A stretch of 64,000 nucleotides of DNA from Basidiobolus meristosporus CBS 931.73. Its lineage: Eukaryota > Fungi > Basidiobolomycota. Below are positions 37,850 to 50,809 of this stretch, in pieces. The notes beneath the pieces were generated by a model. The model was not told the DNA's origin and did no database searches. It saw only the letters and a list, made by a program, of their open reading frames with translations. The stretch's first letter is position 1, and every line of letters begins with the position of its first letter. Location of the stretch: contig MCFE01000125.1 of the NCBI GenBank assembly GCA_002104905.1, forward strand, positions 1 to 64,000. The letters are read 5' to 3'. Both the position numbers and the translations under genes were made by a program.

Positions 37850-39760
37850 AAATAATTGTGAAAGTCTCATCAAAAGGCTGTCACAAAATGAAAATCCCAT
37901 CACCAAGAGGTATTGATCCTATCTGAACACTGCAGAAAGCCCATAAATAATCATTGAACACTAGATTTTACAAAAAACTTAGTCAAAATTCTTTGTTGCA
38001 ACAATAGAAAAGTGGCCTTTAATTAATTCTCTGCCAGCTCTCTCACTTTCTGATCACAGACAAGAAGTAACCTCCTACATTTGTGTCAATTGATTGGCTA
38101 CTGCCTCTTTTCCATAGTCCTTACTACCTAACTCACCCAATTCTCTTACTTTTTATGCATACAATTTGGTTTATTTCCATTGAAGCTTCATTTGTACTTC
38201 AATTGCCAATGATACTGACCTATATAAGTCCCTATACCCAACACTAATACTAAGCCCAGCCCCACACTCATCAAGTATTCCATTTAAATCCACCATTCAA
38301 TAAGCATTTCTACTGCAACACCCTTTTTCCATGACTTTGGCGCAAACCCTAAAACTTTGTGCCACTCTTCATTCACTGATTCCCATATGTCCTGGTCTTC
38401 AGCCGGCACTGCAAGGTCTAGAACCTCATTTGCCAGTCTTTGCAATAAGTCATGCAATGTTCAAGTTCATTTTCTTGAGCCTGCTCTAGAAGGAGTGCTG
38501 CAGCCTCTTGGTGTGAGTATTAATATTCCAGAATTCACTCTGTAGGCATTGTGATAGTCTTTAAGCTTTTGATGCTGTTGCTTTGTCTGTCAGTGGGATC
38601 TCCACTCTGTTTTCAATGGAGGACATGAAGGCAGTGGTAGACAATCTGCTTTTCTCTGCAAGCTCATCTACCTCACTGGAGTGTAGCTCAACTGACTGCA
38701 CTTTTGGCTCTTGAGAAAACGGCTGTTTTCTTGTTGGTAACTCTTCTTGGCTTAATGGTATTCATCCTGTTCTGGGCTGACAGTGTTAATTGGTGAGAGC
38801 TGCAGCTTTCTCTCATGAATCCCTGTCTCTGGCTTGGGTAGACACTCTCTCTTAACCTGTACCTTTATCACTGTCAGGTTTTCTAATACTACTTTGACAT
38901 AGTGCTTCTTGAATTGTACCACATTTCCTCCTTGAAGAATGCTGCATAGGTGCATTCATTTTTGCCTGCTTGTCCCTTGCCATCCCTCTCCCAGCAACCT
39001 GACATTTCTTTGCCACACATTTAGAACTTTCAGTCCTGCTTGTGACAGGCTGCTGAGAAAGCCATAGGACTGCATTGCACTCAGCTCCTTCACTGCCACT
39101 GTAACTGAGTGCTTCTTGTATAGAACTATGCTAAATGCTGCACTGATACATGTGTCTCTGAATGGCACTCTCCTGGCAACCTGACATTTCTTTGCCACTT
39201 GATTTGAGCATTTAGCCCTGTTTTTGACAGGCTCCTGAGAAAGCTGCAGGTTTTTACCACTGCAAGGTCCTTCACTGCTACTTTGACTGAGTGCTTCTTA
39301 TATTGAGCTATGTTTTTTCCTTTATCAATGCTGCACTGATGCATCTGTTTCTGCATGCTTGCCATTAATGGCAATCTTCTGGCAACCCAACATTTTTTTG
39401 CCACTTGTATGGAGCTTTCAGCCCTGCATGTAACAAGCTCTTTAAGGAGCTGCTGGTTTTTAGCCATGGCACCCTTGTTCTTATGCCTTCAGTAGTTTCT
39501 GATACTCTTGAGATACTTTCTTAGCATACCACTGCTGGCCCAAAAACCATTTGCCTGTTTAAGTCCAGGATAATGCTCATGGAGCAAGTCAAGCACATTT
39601 GGCTTGGCCTTGAGTTCCCAATAGTCCCATAGTATGCTGGCCTTGAGGTGTTGGTGTACTAGACACTACTTGGCAACTTGGCAAGTATCACATTGAAAAG
39701 CTGTAAGTTAAGGGGATGAAATTGTGTCAGTTGCATGTTTGCCAGCAGGAGGCCATAGCT
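37850..39760 (-). repeat. Copy B of the unidentified degenerate repeat-protein element
   Basis: ILWDYW...LLHEHYPGLKQANGFWASSGMLRKYLK followed by three internal repeats containing KKH(S/Y)V(K/T)V. Boundaries are approximate. Confidence 0.65.
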
Positions 39761-39899
39761 TTAACTGACTCAATCTACCTGTGGAATACCCATGGTAGCA
39801 GTAAATAAGCAAATCAAGAGGCATGATTATGTAGTGAAATAAATGAAAGGTGCAAGGAGAGGTAGAAAAATAAAATACCATTTGGTAAACAGGTATTGT

Positions 39900-40610
39900 A
39901 GCACTATACAGAGCCAGCTATAGGTTGCCATACTATCATAATGTCAGTAGGGGTCTACATCAAGACTATGAAAGCACTGTCAAGTCTTTACCATTCAAGG
40001 CAAATGCAAGTATTAGCCAGTTATAGCTGTTGAAATAAATGCTGACTACATTAGAGCTACCTGAATGCTACGTATGTTCCATCAAAAGACACCACCAAGT
40101 TACTGCCTGAAATTTAGAAGTGAGGACAGCAAATTGCCATCACAATCCTGCCACAAGACTGTTCAGAGGGTTGAGGATTCCAGGCTGCTGATATTATGAC
40201 AGCCTCATTCTTGGATCCTGACAGTAGACATAGATTGGGTCCACCTGCAGAACCATACTATTTGCACAGGGTGAAACAATACCTTAAGAGACAGTATGCC
40301 TATATGCATGAAAGATTCAATGATAACCCCCTACCATGAATATTATAGATACAGTTGTGGCTGCAAAAACACACATATCAAAATGATATTTCCCCTTTGG
40401 TATGACTAGCTTCCATATATATGCTGCCAAAACAATCAAACAAAATTGCATTGTTCCAGTGCAAACCCAACACACATGGAAGCAGAAGAGCATTTTGCAA
40501 CAGCCTGCTTTGATATTCAGTGCAACAAGAAGGGCTACATCCAAAAAAGGCCATGTTGACAGTGTTCCCACTGAAGGTAATAATGCAGACTCCTCAGGCT
40601 CTTAATCAAG
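39900..40610 (+). mobile_element. Possible hAT transposase C-terminal remnant
   Basis: Only weak degenerate motifs: IMTASFLDP (compare hAT ATFLDPR) and vague similarity to the dimerisation region. Confidence 0.25.
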
Positions 40611-40799
40611 TAGGTAATGAGAATCTCTACTAAGTTACAGCATATTGGATTATTTGGTATCATTCAACAGTTAAAAAATTACTTTGCAATTCAGGACTAG
40701 TCTCAGCTGCTGTGGGACTGATTTACAGCCCCAACTTTGCCCTCTATTTCATCTCTATCTTCCTGTGATTATTCCCCTGTAGTCAACAACAAACTACTC

Positions 40800-42768
40800 T
40801 ATGAGAAATTATTATGATAATCCCATCATAGAACCATGCAAAGACCATCAAAAAATAATTGCACCCCTGATATCATATAAAACTTAGTTGAAATATTTCA
40901 TCTCAACACCACAAAATTGACTTCTGATTGGTTCTCTGCCAATTTTCTCACTTTCTGATCCCAGACACTCTATCACCTCCTACATTTGTGAGCATTGATT
41001 AGCTATGCCTCTTTTTTGCACCCCTTACTACCTGACTCAACCATTTCCTTTTTTTTGCATGCATACAAGTTGATTTATTTCCATTGAAACTTCAGTTGTA
41101 CCTCAATTGCCATGTGTATTGACCTATACAAGTCCCTATACCCTACACTAACATTAAGCACAGCATCACACTCAACAAGTAACCCCATTAACATCCACCA
41201 CTTAATAAGTATTTCTGCTGTAATGCTCTGTTTCCACAACTTTGGCAGGAACCATATGGCTTTATACCTTTGTTCATTCACTGGTTCCCATATGTCTTGG
41301 CCTTCAGCTAGCACTACAAGGTCTAGCTCCCCATCTGCCAGTCTTTGTAATAAACTTGTTCCATTGTATAGTGTCACATTGAGCCAAGAGTGCCAAATGA
41401 TGCCATAGTGGGTCAGAGAGGCCAAGTGAGCCTATACTTGGCCACAGAGTGTGAAGCATAGCTCTGCATCTTTGTGCAAAGCAGCCCCTGTGTTTCACCC
41501 ATTGTGCAGGAGAAAAACCACTTTTTGACCTTTTTTTTAGATCAGTGTTGTGCAGGATGCATAAGAGCACAAATGGATTGAAGATATGTATCTGGCACCT
41601 AATATCCATGGCACTCTAAATCTAGCTCCTGTGGCTTGTAACATGTCACAAAAATGCATGGCACTATCTTGGTCCACTGGTACTATCTGGCACCATATTT
41701 AATTATTAGCCCTAAAGTAAGATCTATACAAACCACTTATAGTGCCAGATAGTACCAGTGGACCAAGATAGTGCCGTGCATTTTTGCAACATGTTACAAG
41801 CCTCAGGAGCTAGATTTAGAGTGCCATGGATATTAGGTGCCAGATACATATCTTCAATCCATTTGTGCTCTTATGCATCCTGCACAACACTGATCTAAGA
41901 AAAGGTCAAAAAATAGATTTTCTCCAGCACAAGGGGTGAAACACAGGGCTGCTTTGCACAAAGATGCAGAGCTATGCTTCACATTTTGTGGCCAAGTATA
42001 GGCTCACTTAGCCTCCCTAACACATTATGGCCTCATTTGGCACTCATGGCTCAATGTGGCACTATACAATGGAACAAGGCTAATAGGTCCTTCCAATATT
42101 CAAGTGCAATTTCTTGAGCGCTGCTCATGAAGAAGTACTGCAACCTCTTGGTGTGCCTATCAATGTTCCAAAATTCCACCACAGGCACTGTGATCACCTT
42201 TTGAGTTCTTGACATTGCTACCTTGTCTATCAGTGGGATCTCCACTCTGTCAACAATGGAGGACATAGAGGCTGTGGTAGACAAATTGTCTTTCTCTGCA
42301 AACTTATATACCTCACTGAAGTGTAGCTCAACTGGCAGCACTTCCAACTCTTAAGAAAACAGTTGTTTTCTTGTTGGTCATTCTTCTTGGCTATGATGGG
42401 ATTCAGTCTGTTCCAGGCTAATGGTGCTAATTGGCAAGAACTGCAGCTTTTCTCTTACACTTCCCTGTATCTTGCTTGGGTTGACTTTTTCCCCTTTACC
42501 TTTTCCTTTATCACTGCCAGGTCTTTCACTGCTACTTTGTCTGAGTGCTTCTTGTATTGAGCTATGTTTTCTCCTTGCTAAATGCTGCTTTGATGCATTT
42601 GTTTTGGCCTGCTTGTCCCCTGCTGGCACTTTGCAGGCAACCTGATGCTTCTTTCCTGCTTGTTTCAAGCTCTCAACCCATGCTGTGATGGGCTCCTGAG
42701 GTAGCTGCATGTTTTTATCACTGCCAGGTCCTTCACAACTATTTACTGAGTGCTTCTTGAGTAGAGGT
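40800..42768 (-). repeat. Copy C of the unidentified element, interrupted by the foldback and truncated by the copia LTR
   Basis: Homologous to copies A and B (ORFs 41075..41425, 42051..42347, 42378..42710). Host sequence resumes on both sides of the 41353-42080 insertion. Confidence 0.65.
41353..42080. mobile_element. 728-bp foldback/MITE with ~340-bp inverted arms
   Basis: 41353-41693 is a near-perfect reverse complement of 41740-42080, with a ~46-bp spacer. Termini AACTTGTTCCATT / AATGGAACAAGGC. TAATA flanks both sides (41348-41352 and 42081-42085). Confidence 0.9.
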
Positions 42769-45700
42769 TGTTGTAAAAGCTTGTATTTCCACCTAAATGT
42801 TCACCTAACTTAGTCTCTTTGATCATCACCTTCAAATCCTAGAGAATACTGACCAAAATTCCTTGTTGGGATTTACTTGGAATATTTTCACCAAAATACC
42901 AGGTACCCAGAACATGAAAATTTTCAAAGTTGTCCAAACAGCCCCAAACTTTGCACACATGTTCTTGGGACCTTCCTTAACCTATTATGTGTGTTTGCTA
43001 TGCCAACACCAGGTAAAAGTATAAATACTACTTTTACATTCAATAAATCATTAAGTGAAAGCCACATAATATACTTGTCCTCTTAATCACTTCCAATATC
43101 TCCAAGACTCTTACAACAGGTTATGAGCCCTAAGCTGTCACTCTCTGCAATGTCTACTACTGCTATTACTGGAAATTTTCCCTCTGCTGAAAAGTTGGAT
43201 GGATCTAACTACCAAGTGTGGAATGTGAAGATGAAGATGCTGCTACAAGAAAGAGGCCTTTGGGATATTGTCATGGGAGAAGAATGCCCTCCTAAAATTG
43301 TGGGAGAGGAAGCCTCAAAGTACCAGAAGAAAGAACAAATTGCATTTAGCTGCATTTGCCCTAATGTCAAGGACAAATTGCTAATTCAATGCTCAAGAGC
43401 AAAAACGGCAAAGAATGCCTGGAAGGCACTAGAAGACACCTACCAGTCATGTTCAGCTGCCAAGAAAATGTATCTAAGACAAAAATTCTTTACTACAAAG
43501 ATGCTGCCAGGAGAAGAAATGAAAAATCTACTTAACAGAATTACCCTGCTGGTAGATGAGATGGAATCTGTGGGCATACCAACTACTGATAAGGATGTGT
43601 TAGTTACCATCCTGAATAGCCTGACAGATGAGCTTCAGGGCCTTGTATCAGCCCTAGAGTGCAGAACTGAAGATTTGACCTTAAATTATGTATATGGAAG
43701 GCTCCTGGATGAAGAATTAAGAAAATCAAACGCTAATAAGAAGGAAGAAGAAAATGCTTTAATGAGCAACAATAACCAACAAAGGGGGTACCCAAGACCC
43801 TACAAAGGCAACAGCAACCTGTCTTGTAACTACTGCAAAAGGAAAGGACACACATCAGACTGGTGTCTCAAAAAGAAAGATAATCAGCAAAAGAAGCCCA
43901 AATATGGAAATGCTGTAATAACCAAAGATAGACTATTAATATCTGCACTAAATATGACCACAAACAAGGATTCTCAGACGTGATATATTGACTCTGGAGC
44001 ATCTCAACACTTTACACACCAAAAAGAACTCTTTACCCAATATTAAGAAATTTCAATTAAGAAGGTTTTCATTGGTGACAATAGAACACTTGATGCAGTG
44101 GGAGAAGGATCTATCCAAGTAAACCTAAGAAGCAGTGAAGGAAGCCATACACTGACTTTCAAAGAAGTACTCTATGTACCAGAAATAGCCAAGAACCTAC
44201 TATCTGTAAGCAAGGCCACTGCAGAAGGACTCAATTTCAGCTTTGACAATTCAGGATGCAAGATCACTGATCAAAATGGCGCCCATATTGCTTTGGGTAT
44301 CAGAGATCAGAACCTATACTAATTGACTTATATTCCATCATATTTGGAAGCCAATATAAGTAACTTCAATGAAGAAACACCAATGCGTTGGCACAGGAGA
44401 TTTGGGCACATCAATTTTGATTATTTGCGCAAAATGATCAAAGATCAGCTAATTTCTGGAGTGAAAATTGATCCCCCAGCTAATTTGGAGCACTGTGAAG
44501 CCTGCATATATGGGAGACAAGCCAGACAACCGTTCAAGAGCTCTGGGTTAATCAAAACTAAGAAAAAATTAGATCTAATTCACCCAGATCTGTGTGGACC
44601 TATGCAAAATTTATCCTTAGGAGGGATGAAGTATTTAATCACTTTTATTGATGATTATACAATATACACATGGGTCTACTTCATGGAGAGAAAAGAAAAA
44701 GCTCTGTCTAAGCTTAGGGAGTTTAAATCCATGCTGGAGAGAGAAACTGGTGAAAAAATCAAGAAAATACACTCTGACAATGGTGGAGAATATACCTCAA
44801 AACTCTTCATCCACTTCTGCAAAATTCATGGGATAAAGCAAGAGACTACTGTACCATACTCCCCACAGAAAAATGGAGTAGCAGAACAAGCTAACAGATC
44901 AATAATTGATATGGCAAGATCTATGATCCATGATCAAAAATCATCCTATGATTTTTGGATAGAATCAGTTGCCACTGCTGTATACCTTAAAAATAGAAGT
45001 TATAACAGAGTACTTTGTGATTCTACTCCATTTGAAGCATGGTATGGATACAGACCAAGTGAAGAGTATCTAAGAATATTTGGGTGTACAGCATATGCCA
45101 AACAACTGGCCAGAAATCAGTCAAAATTTGAGCCAAAAAGCGTAAGATGCATATTTTTGTGCTACTGCAATGAGAGTAACGCATACAGACTCTACAATGC
45201 AGAAGCAAAGAAGCTGATCAAGTCCAGGGATGTACTGTTTGATGAAAATTCAAAATTTTCACAAAAAATGACATCAGATGATGACAAAAAGTTGATCTCA
45301 AGTCCACCAATTATCAGGATTGAATCAGAGCAAAACAATAAAAATTTTTTCACTCCAGAGGACTCTACAACCATGGTTCAGCCAGAGTCAGTGCCCAGGA
45401 ATATCCCAGAAGTGATCATTCCAGTATCAAATGCCCGGAGATCCAATTGGACAAGAAATAGCCCAAATTACTATAGCAATGACGGTACAAACTTAGCCTA
45501 TGCCTATTCAGTCCACATTGATGAACCCCAGACTGTAAAAGAGGCCCTGAATAGCCCTCAGACAAAGTTCTGCAGATATGCAATGACTGAGGAATATCAG
45601 GCCCTGATGGAAAATCAAACTTGGGACTTAGTCAAATTACCAATCAACCATAAATCAATTGGATGCAGATGGGTCTTCAGGACAAAATACAAGGCTGATG

Positions 45701-46003
45701 GTACAGTTGCCAAGTACAAAGCAAGATTTGTAGCCAAAGGGTACTCTCAAACAAAAGGACTTGACTATACTGGGACCTTTGCACTGGTAGCCAAGTTTAA
45801 TTCCATTGGATTAATATTGGCTATTACAGCCAAATATAAGTTTTTTATTCATCAAATGGATGTAAAAGCTGCATTTTTGAATGGAGAACTTGATGGGGCA
45901 TGTATATGGACCAGCCTGATGGGTTTGTTGACTAAGATAACCCCCATTTGGTCTGCAAGCTTAAAAAGTCACTATATGGTCTCAAACAATCACTGAGAGC
46001 CTG
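42769..46003 (+). mobile_element. Ty1/copia retrotransposon with 5' LTR and gag-pol, truncated inside RT
   Basis: LTR 42769-43118 (TGTTGTAA...TTACAACA) and PBS GGTTATGAGCCC at 43119-43130. Gag KLDGSNYQVW, zinc knuckle CNYCKRKGHTSDWC, protease YIDSGASQH, integrase DLCGP/SDNGGEY, RT HQMDVKAAFLNG. Contains premature stops and ends after KSLYGLKQS. Confidence 0.93.
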
Positions 46004-46547
46004 AATTTGAGAAACTCTCCTAACTTAGTGTTAGAATTGTATTACCTCTACAAAGGTATAAATAGTATTCTTCGTTATGCATAGACAACAGCACAACTAT
46101 TATCACTTTTTTTGATAATTTCCAAAACACTTATTAAGTTGCATCAGCTTGCTGGGTCTGATGTATTCATGCTCTAGTAACTGGTTAACCTGAACCTTCA
46201 TCTGAACCTGTAAATGCCATTGTGATCTTGTCATGTGATTGTTTAGATGGTCATTAATTCAAAGCTACTGGTATTATTGTGGTCTGCTGATGGGATCTCA
46301 ACGGCTGATCTGGACTGAATCCTCCTTCAGGACCAAATTATTTTTCATAGGGTGACCCTGAAACTGATGCAGAATGTTCCTGACTATTCAGAAGCTTTCC
46401 TAACTGAGTGTTATAGTTCCATTACCTCAACAAAGATATAAGTACTGAGTTTCTTCATGAGTAAACAACAGTGGACCTATTTTCACTTTTTCACAATAGT
46501 TCCTTTTATTTAAAACACTTCTTAACTTGCAGCAGGTTATGAGCCCC
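46004..46547 (+). mobile_element. Two fragments of a second copia-type LTR family; the second is followed by a PBS
   Basis: 46004-46146 and ~46360-46534 are homologous and end ttgcatca/ttgcagca. GGTTATGAGCCCC at 46535-46547. Inverted relatives lie at ~62100-62500 and ~63030-63430. Confidence 0.6.
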
Positions 46548-46635
46548 AATTATTTGAATGCATTCTAGAGATGACTTCTACCAGCATAGAGAATAGCACA
46601 ATCATCTTTCCTGCAAAGGAATGGTCTCAAGGGAA

Positions 46636-46854
46636 GTGTTGAAATATAGAGAGATATGTTAGAGTGAAATGAAGAATTAAAAGATTTACATGATATTTAT
46701 TTGTTGCTTCATTTAGTTGCAGCACAGTATTTATATGTACTGCAGATATATGCAAATTTTACCACTTGATCACTGTTAGGGGACTCTCAGGAGCACATTT
46801 GCCAAACTTGAGCTCATTTGGACAAGCCTCAGAATTTCCTCAACTTCTTTGTTT
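46636..46854 (-). mobile_element. Diverged copia-family LTR fragment cut by a gypsy LTR
   Basis: Homologous to ~63487-63710, and its reverse complement resembles the core of the 42769 LTR (ttgtccaaa...cacatg...cc.taa). Confidence 0.45.
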
Positions 46855-47770
46855 TGTTACAAGTACTGATATGAAAGTTCTAGAGGAATAGGTAGTTGAG
46901 CTAGTTTTGTATTTACTAAAACTTGAGCGGATTTTATTGGGGTTCCAGCAGCTCCTGATTTATATTTTGCCAGATCAATTCCTGACTAATTTTATTTCCT
47001 AACGTAGGTTGTAGTTGATGATCCACTTGATTGCATCATCTTCACCTAATTAGATCTTATTTAATATATCTATTTCTGTCTGATGAGAATCTGCTGATTC
47101 ATCTGCTGACTAATACTACTGATTTGATAGATATTGCTGATATACTGATAGGCTTAATATCAAACTAATTGATTTGACTAAAAAGTGATCCAACTTATGT
47201 TGTAAAAAATTCGTAATTCCACCTAAATATTCACCTAACTTAGTCACTTAGATCATTACCTTCAAATCCTAGAGAATACTGACCAAATTCCTTGTCGGGA
47301 TTTACTTAGAATATTTTCACCAAAATACCAGGTACCCAGAACATGAAAATTCTCAAAGTTGTCCAAACAGCCCCAAACTTTGCACACATGTTCTTGGGAC
47401 CTTCCTTAACCTATTATGTGTGTTTGTTATGCCAAGACTTGGTAAAAGTATAAATACTACTTTTACAATCAATAAATCATTAAGTGAAAACCACATAATC
47501 CACTTGTTCTCCCAATCACTTCCAATATCTCCAAGACTCTTACAACAACTTAAACATTCAAGCATTATATCAAAACATTCTTCCCTACAAAAGTTGAGAG
47601 GGTCCTCCTGAATCTCTTTTCTTGTGATGCCAAAATCTTGATGGTTCAGTATTGTCAGTAAGTCTTGGAAGCTTGAGTCTGTCACTACAAACTGAATCTT
47701 CCCAGACATTTTCATGTTTGTTCATTAATTGGTAAGTTGAAAGTGACATGCTGCGATGATCTTTGATGGT
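46855..47770 (-). mobile_element. Ty3/gypsy 3' end: integrase tail, PPT and 3' LTR, with a nested solo copia LTR
   Basis: The LTR at 46855-47577 is exactly 368 bp, the family LTR length, after removing the 355-bp insertion. PPT gtagggaagaa at 47578-47588. ORF ...DRLKLPRLTDNTEPSRFWHHKKRDSG. Confidence 0.85.
47198..47547 (+). mobile_element. Solo copia LTR (same family as 42769-43118)
   Basis: 350 bp, TGTTGTAA...TTACAACA, flanked by a perfect 5-bp TSD ACTTA (47193-47197 and 47548-47552). Confidence 0.92.
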
Positions 47771-47859
47771 CAATCTGGCAATCTAAGACACTATCTGGAA
47801 CTATAATTTCAACCATATTGCCAGCAGTAGAATATAGATATTGGTAATTTTACTCAATC

Positions 47860-48680
47860 TTACCAATGTTGCTGAGAGCAGTGCTTTCCTTGCCTTAAAT
47901 ACTCTTCATGACTCTCCAGACACACTTCTCTCAGTGGATGTCTTCTTGTATGAATATAATGTGCACTAATAAATATGGTAACTATTTTACATATTCTGCT
48001 GTTTTCTCCTATATATGACCCTCTTCTGTATTTACCTGCCAATATGCTGAATTTCTCACATATCCAAATGTATGCTCTACCCTCACTCAGAAGTGATTAA
48101 ATATCTGATTTTAGAGCTTCTGCTTTCTGCTAAGCACACCATTCCTTGGCTTTCTTTAAGCTGTAATACATCCTTATCACTGACAATCCACCCCTATAAA
48201 AGCAAAGTCTGCTATACATTTCTCCCCTGTACTGAATGCTGGTTGATTCTCTTCCCAAAGTGCTTTGCAGTGCTTACCTCCAGTACATGGCCCACTAAGC
48301 CAGATGATGTTACCCTCAATGTCAGACAGTGCTTGAAACTTCACACAGTGCCTCTGCCCTGCAGAATGCTACTAATCCTCACTGGGAAGGTATTCCAATT
48401 ACTCTTTATATGGAACCTGCTGCTGAACACCCCAAGATATGTAAGTCTATTAGAGTTGCTGAGCCTACTATTCCCAGCTTGCTCTGTGTCATTTATACCC
48501 TCTGCAAGAAGGGTCTCCATTGCTGTCTGCCAGTAATGAAAGCTTATAGGACTTTTGTTGCCATGAATGGTAGGATGAAACCTTATGGGATAATAGCTCT
48601 TATAATAGCAGAGAAGCTTAGCTGGGATCCCCTTGAGTAGATTAGGGTAGATGGTCCACAGCACTTGGCATAGATCACCT
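47860..48680 (-). pseudogene. PIF/Harbinger (IS5-like DDE endonuclease) transposase relic
   Basis: Translating across stops gives RHCVKFQALSDIEGNIIWLSGP...GEKCIADFAFIG...IT-RKPRNGVLSRKQKL-NQIF...VRVEHTFG, then FSILAGKYR. The spacing and the catalytic AD and VEH positions fit the DDE_Tnp_4-type family. Confidence 0.72.
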
Positions 48681-49351
48681 TAAGTGTGTGAAAAGAAAAT
48701 CAAGTGGTAGTGATGGGATTGATGAGAAAAGACTATTCAGATGATTAAGTTGCATTAAGGTTGGTGGGTGATTGGGCTGTGGTGAGTTGAATTGATTTGG
48801 CACAATGAGCTTTATTTATCTGATTTTCCATGCATTATGATTAAGTCTGCATCAATTGCCATGTATCCCATCATTGTGTTGTAAAAATCATCCTCAGACA
48901 ATGATTTGATATTTTTATTGATGCTTTACTCACAAGTCTATAGTTAAATAGAAAATCTGTGATTGATGTGATCCAATCCATGTCAATGCTATCTAAAATG
49001 CATCAAAAAAATTATATGGAAACTACAACAAACAAATTAATTTCCATATATATTTCATTTAAGGCCAGGTTGGTGTCAATACACTACTGTTTAAGTACCA
49101 AAATCTATTATTTTGATCCCTATTCTAAGTCTCAACGGATATTTAGTACATCCCAGGCAAAACCAATTCCACAGCTCACAAGCATGGTTTGGACCAGAGA
49201 AGTCAATGCTGGATCTGTTCAAGTTCTTGCCAAGTGATTTTAGTATGGCTCAAGTATCTCCAATGAGCCTTAATTCAAATACTTGGGTGCTGCCATAAAT
49301 CTAGCAGAACTAGATACATCAGAGAGTTGACAGAGATGGAAGAATCTGAGT

Positions 49352-50229
49352 AGAAAGCTGTGTCATGAGTTCTACATCCAGAAGCCAGCAGATGTATGTA
49401 GAACAATATATAACAACACAAGTGTTGAAATTAAGAATGAGCTCAGAGTTATGGGATCTGTGGCAGAAGCTGCATGGGTACAATTTTGGTGCAATTTGCT
49501 CAGTACAGGCAAGACACATCCATTTGTGCTCAAATTTTGGGAAACAAAGAGATTTTTGATGAGCTTTTGCCTCAAATGACAGATGTACTATGTGATATAT
49601 TAGTAGAGCTAAGTGGCTTCTAAGAGCAATATACATAAGACTCATCCAGGCCACAGTTCCAAAGTATCAGACAGAGCGTATGTGAATAACATGAGGAATT
49701 AGAAGGTAAGCTTCAAGAGCAAGAATATATATTGCAAGCAATAGCTTCCAGATTGCACAAGCCTGCCTTGCTGGATTCCTTACCATCCTTTGCAGCTTCA
49801 GCATGCTGGCGCATGTCAGTCCATACTAAGCCAACAACTGTTGCAAGAGCACCCCACATTGAGTCAGCATGTGTTGGGTCAACAAGCACGCTTCAGATCA
49901 AAACCACCGGAACTTGCCAAACTGCTCATTTAGAGACAAGTCCATTGGAGCAGGCAAAGTTGCATCAACAGGCAGCATCATATTGAACTCAGCCAAGGCC
50001 CATGCCAGTGCATCATATCAAGCCTGCACATGTCATTACACCTGATCATCAGCCGCTTACTTCTGGTGAACTGACTGATGATGACCCACATGAAGTGCTT
50101 CAACCACTGGAGCCTTTGGCAAGTAAAAGAACACGTCAGTGTGTAGTACTGCAGGCCAGCTCAGTAGCATCATCTGGAGCAATTAAGCACAGGCAAGCTG
50201 CAGCATTGCACTCATCAACTAGAAGGTAA
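49352..50229 (+). pseudogene. Degraded ORF divergent from the Harbinger transposase (possible second, accessory ORF)
   Basis: Protein-like open stretches (RKLCHEFYIQKPADVCRTIY...; ORFs 49732..49986 and 50002..50229). No family recognised. Confidence 0.25.
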
Positions 50230-50809
50230 AACACTGACTACAAATACACAAGCAGCCAAGACAATAGTCAACAAGGAAATAGTTTAGGTGTACAAAGTGA
50301 ATGACCACCAAATGCTTCAGCAGTAATCTCTATGTGAAAAAAACCTAGGAGACAATTATACAATTGCATTGAATTGCAACTGTTGGTCATGATCCAATCA
50401 ACACATTTCTTTTGGCAATCCAACTCAAGCCATTGCAAATCTGTGATCACTGAATTTTTGATATAAATAAAATCCAGGTCATTTCAAATTTGAGCCAGAA
50501 CCCCCATAAATAAACACCCTGCATATATATACATCATCTGTAACACCAGTGCAGCCATTTGATCTGTTTTGCACCTATCTGATTGGTTGCATACTAGCTA
50601 TGACACTTTATCCAATCACCAGGATCAGGGAATTACTTGCTGAATGGGCAAAGTGGGATATTTGCATGCAAATCAGGTAGCCTGTGTATTGGTCAAAGAG
50701 CCAATTAGGGGCTGACAGCTTCAGGATACTTTTGGACCAATTAAGCACTGATATACTATCCAATTGGAGTGATGGTAGCCAAAATGGTAAGCATTGGTGT
50801 AGTTTGTAT

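Noticed and set aside
42769-47547. Intact copia element bounded by the two 350-bp LTRs
   Set aside because: The second LTR has its own TSD inside a gypsy LTR, there is no PPT before it, and RT is truncated.
48341-48664. LINE reverse-transcriptase remnant (TYLGV motif)
   Set aside because: Another frame of the same DNA gives a much longer, correctly spaced Harbinger-type DDE motif series.
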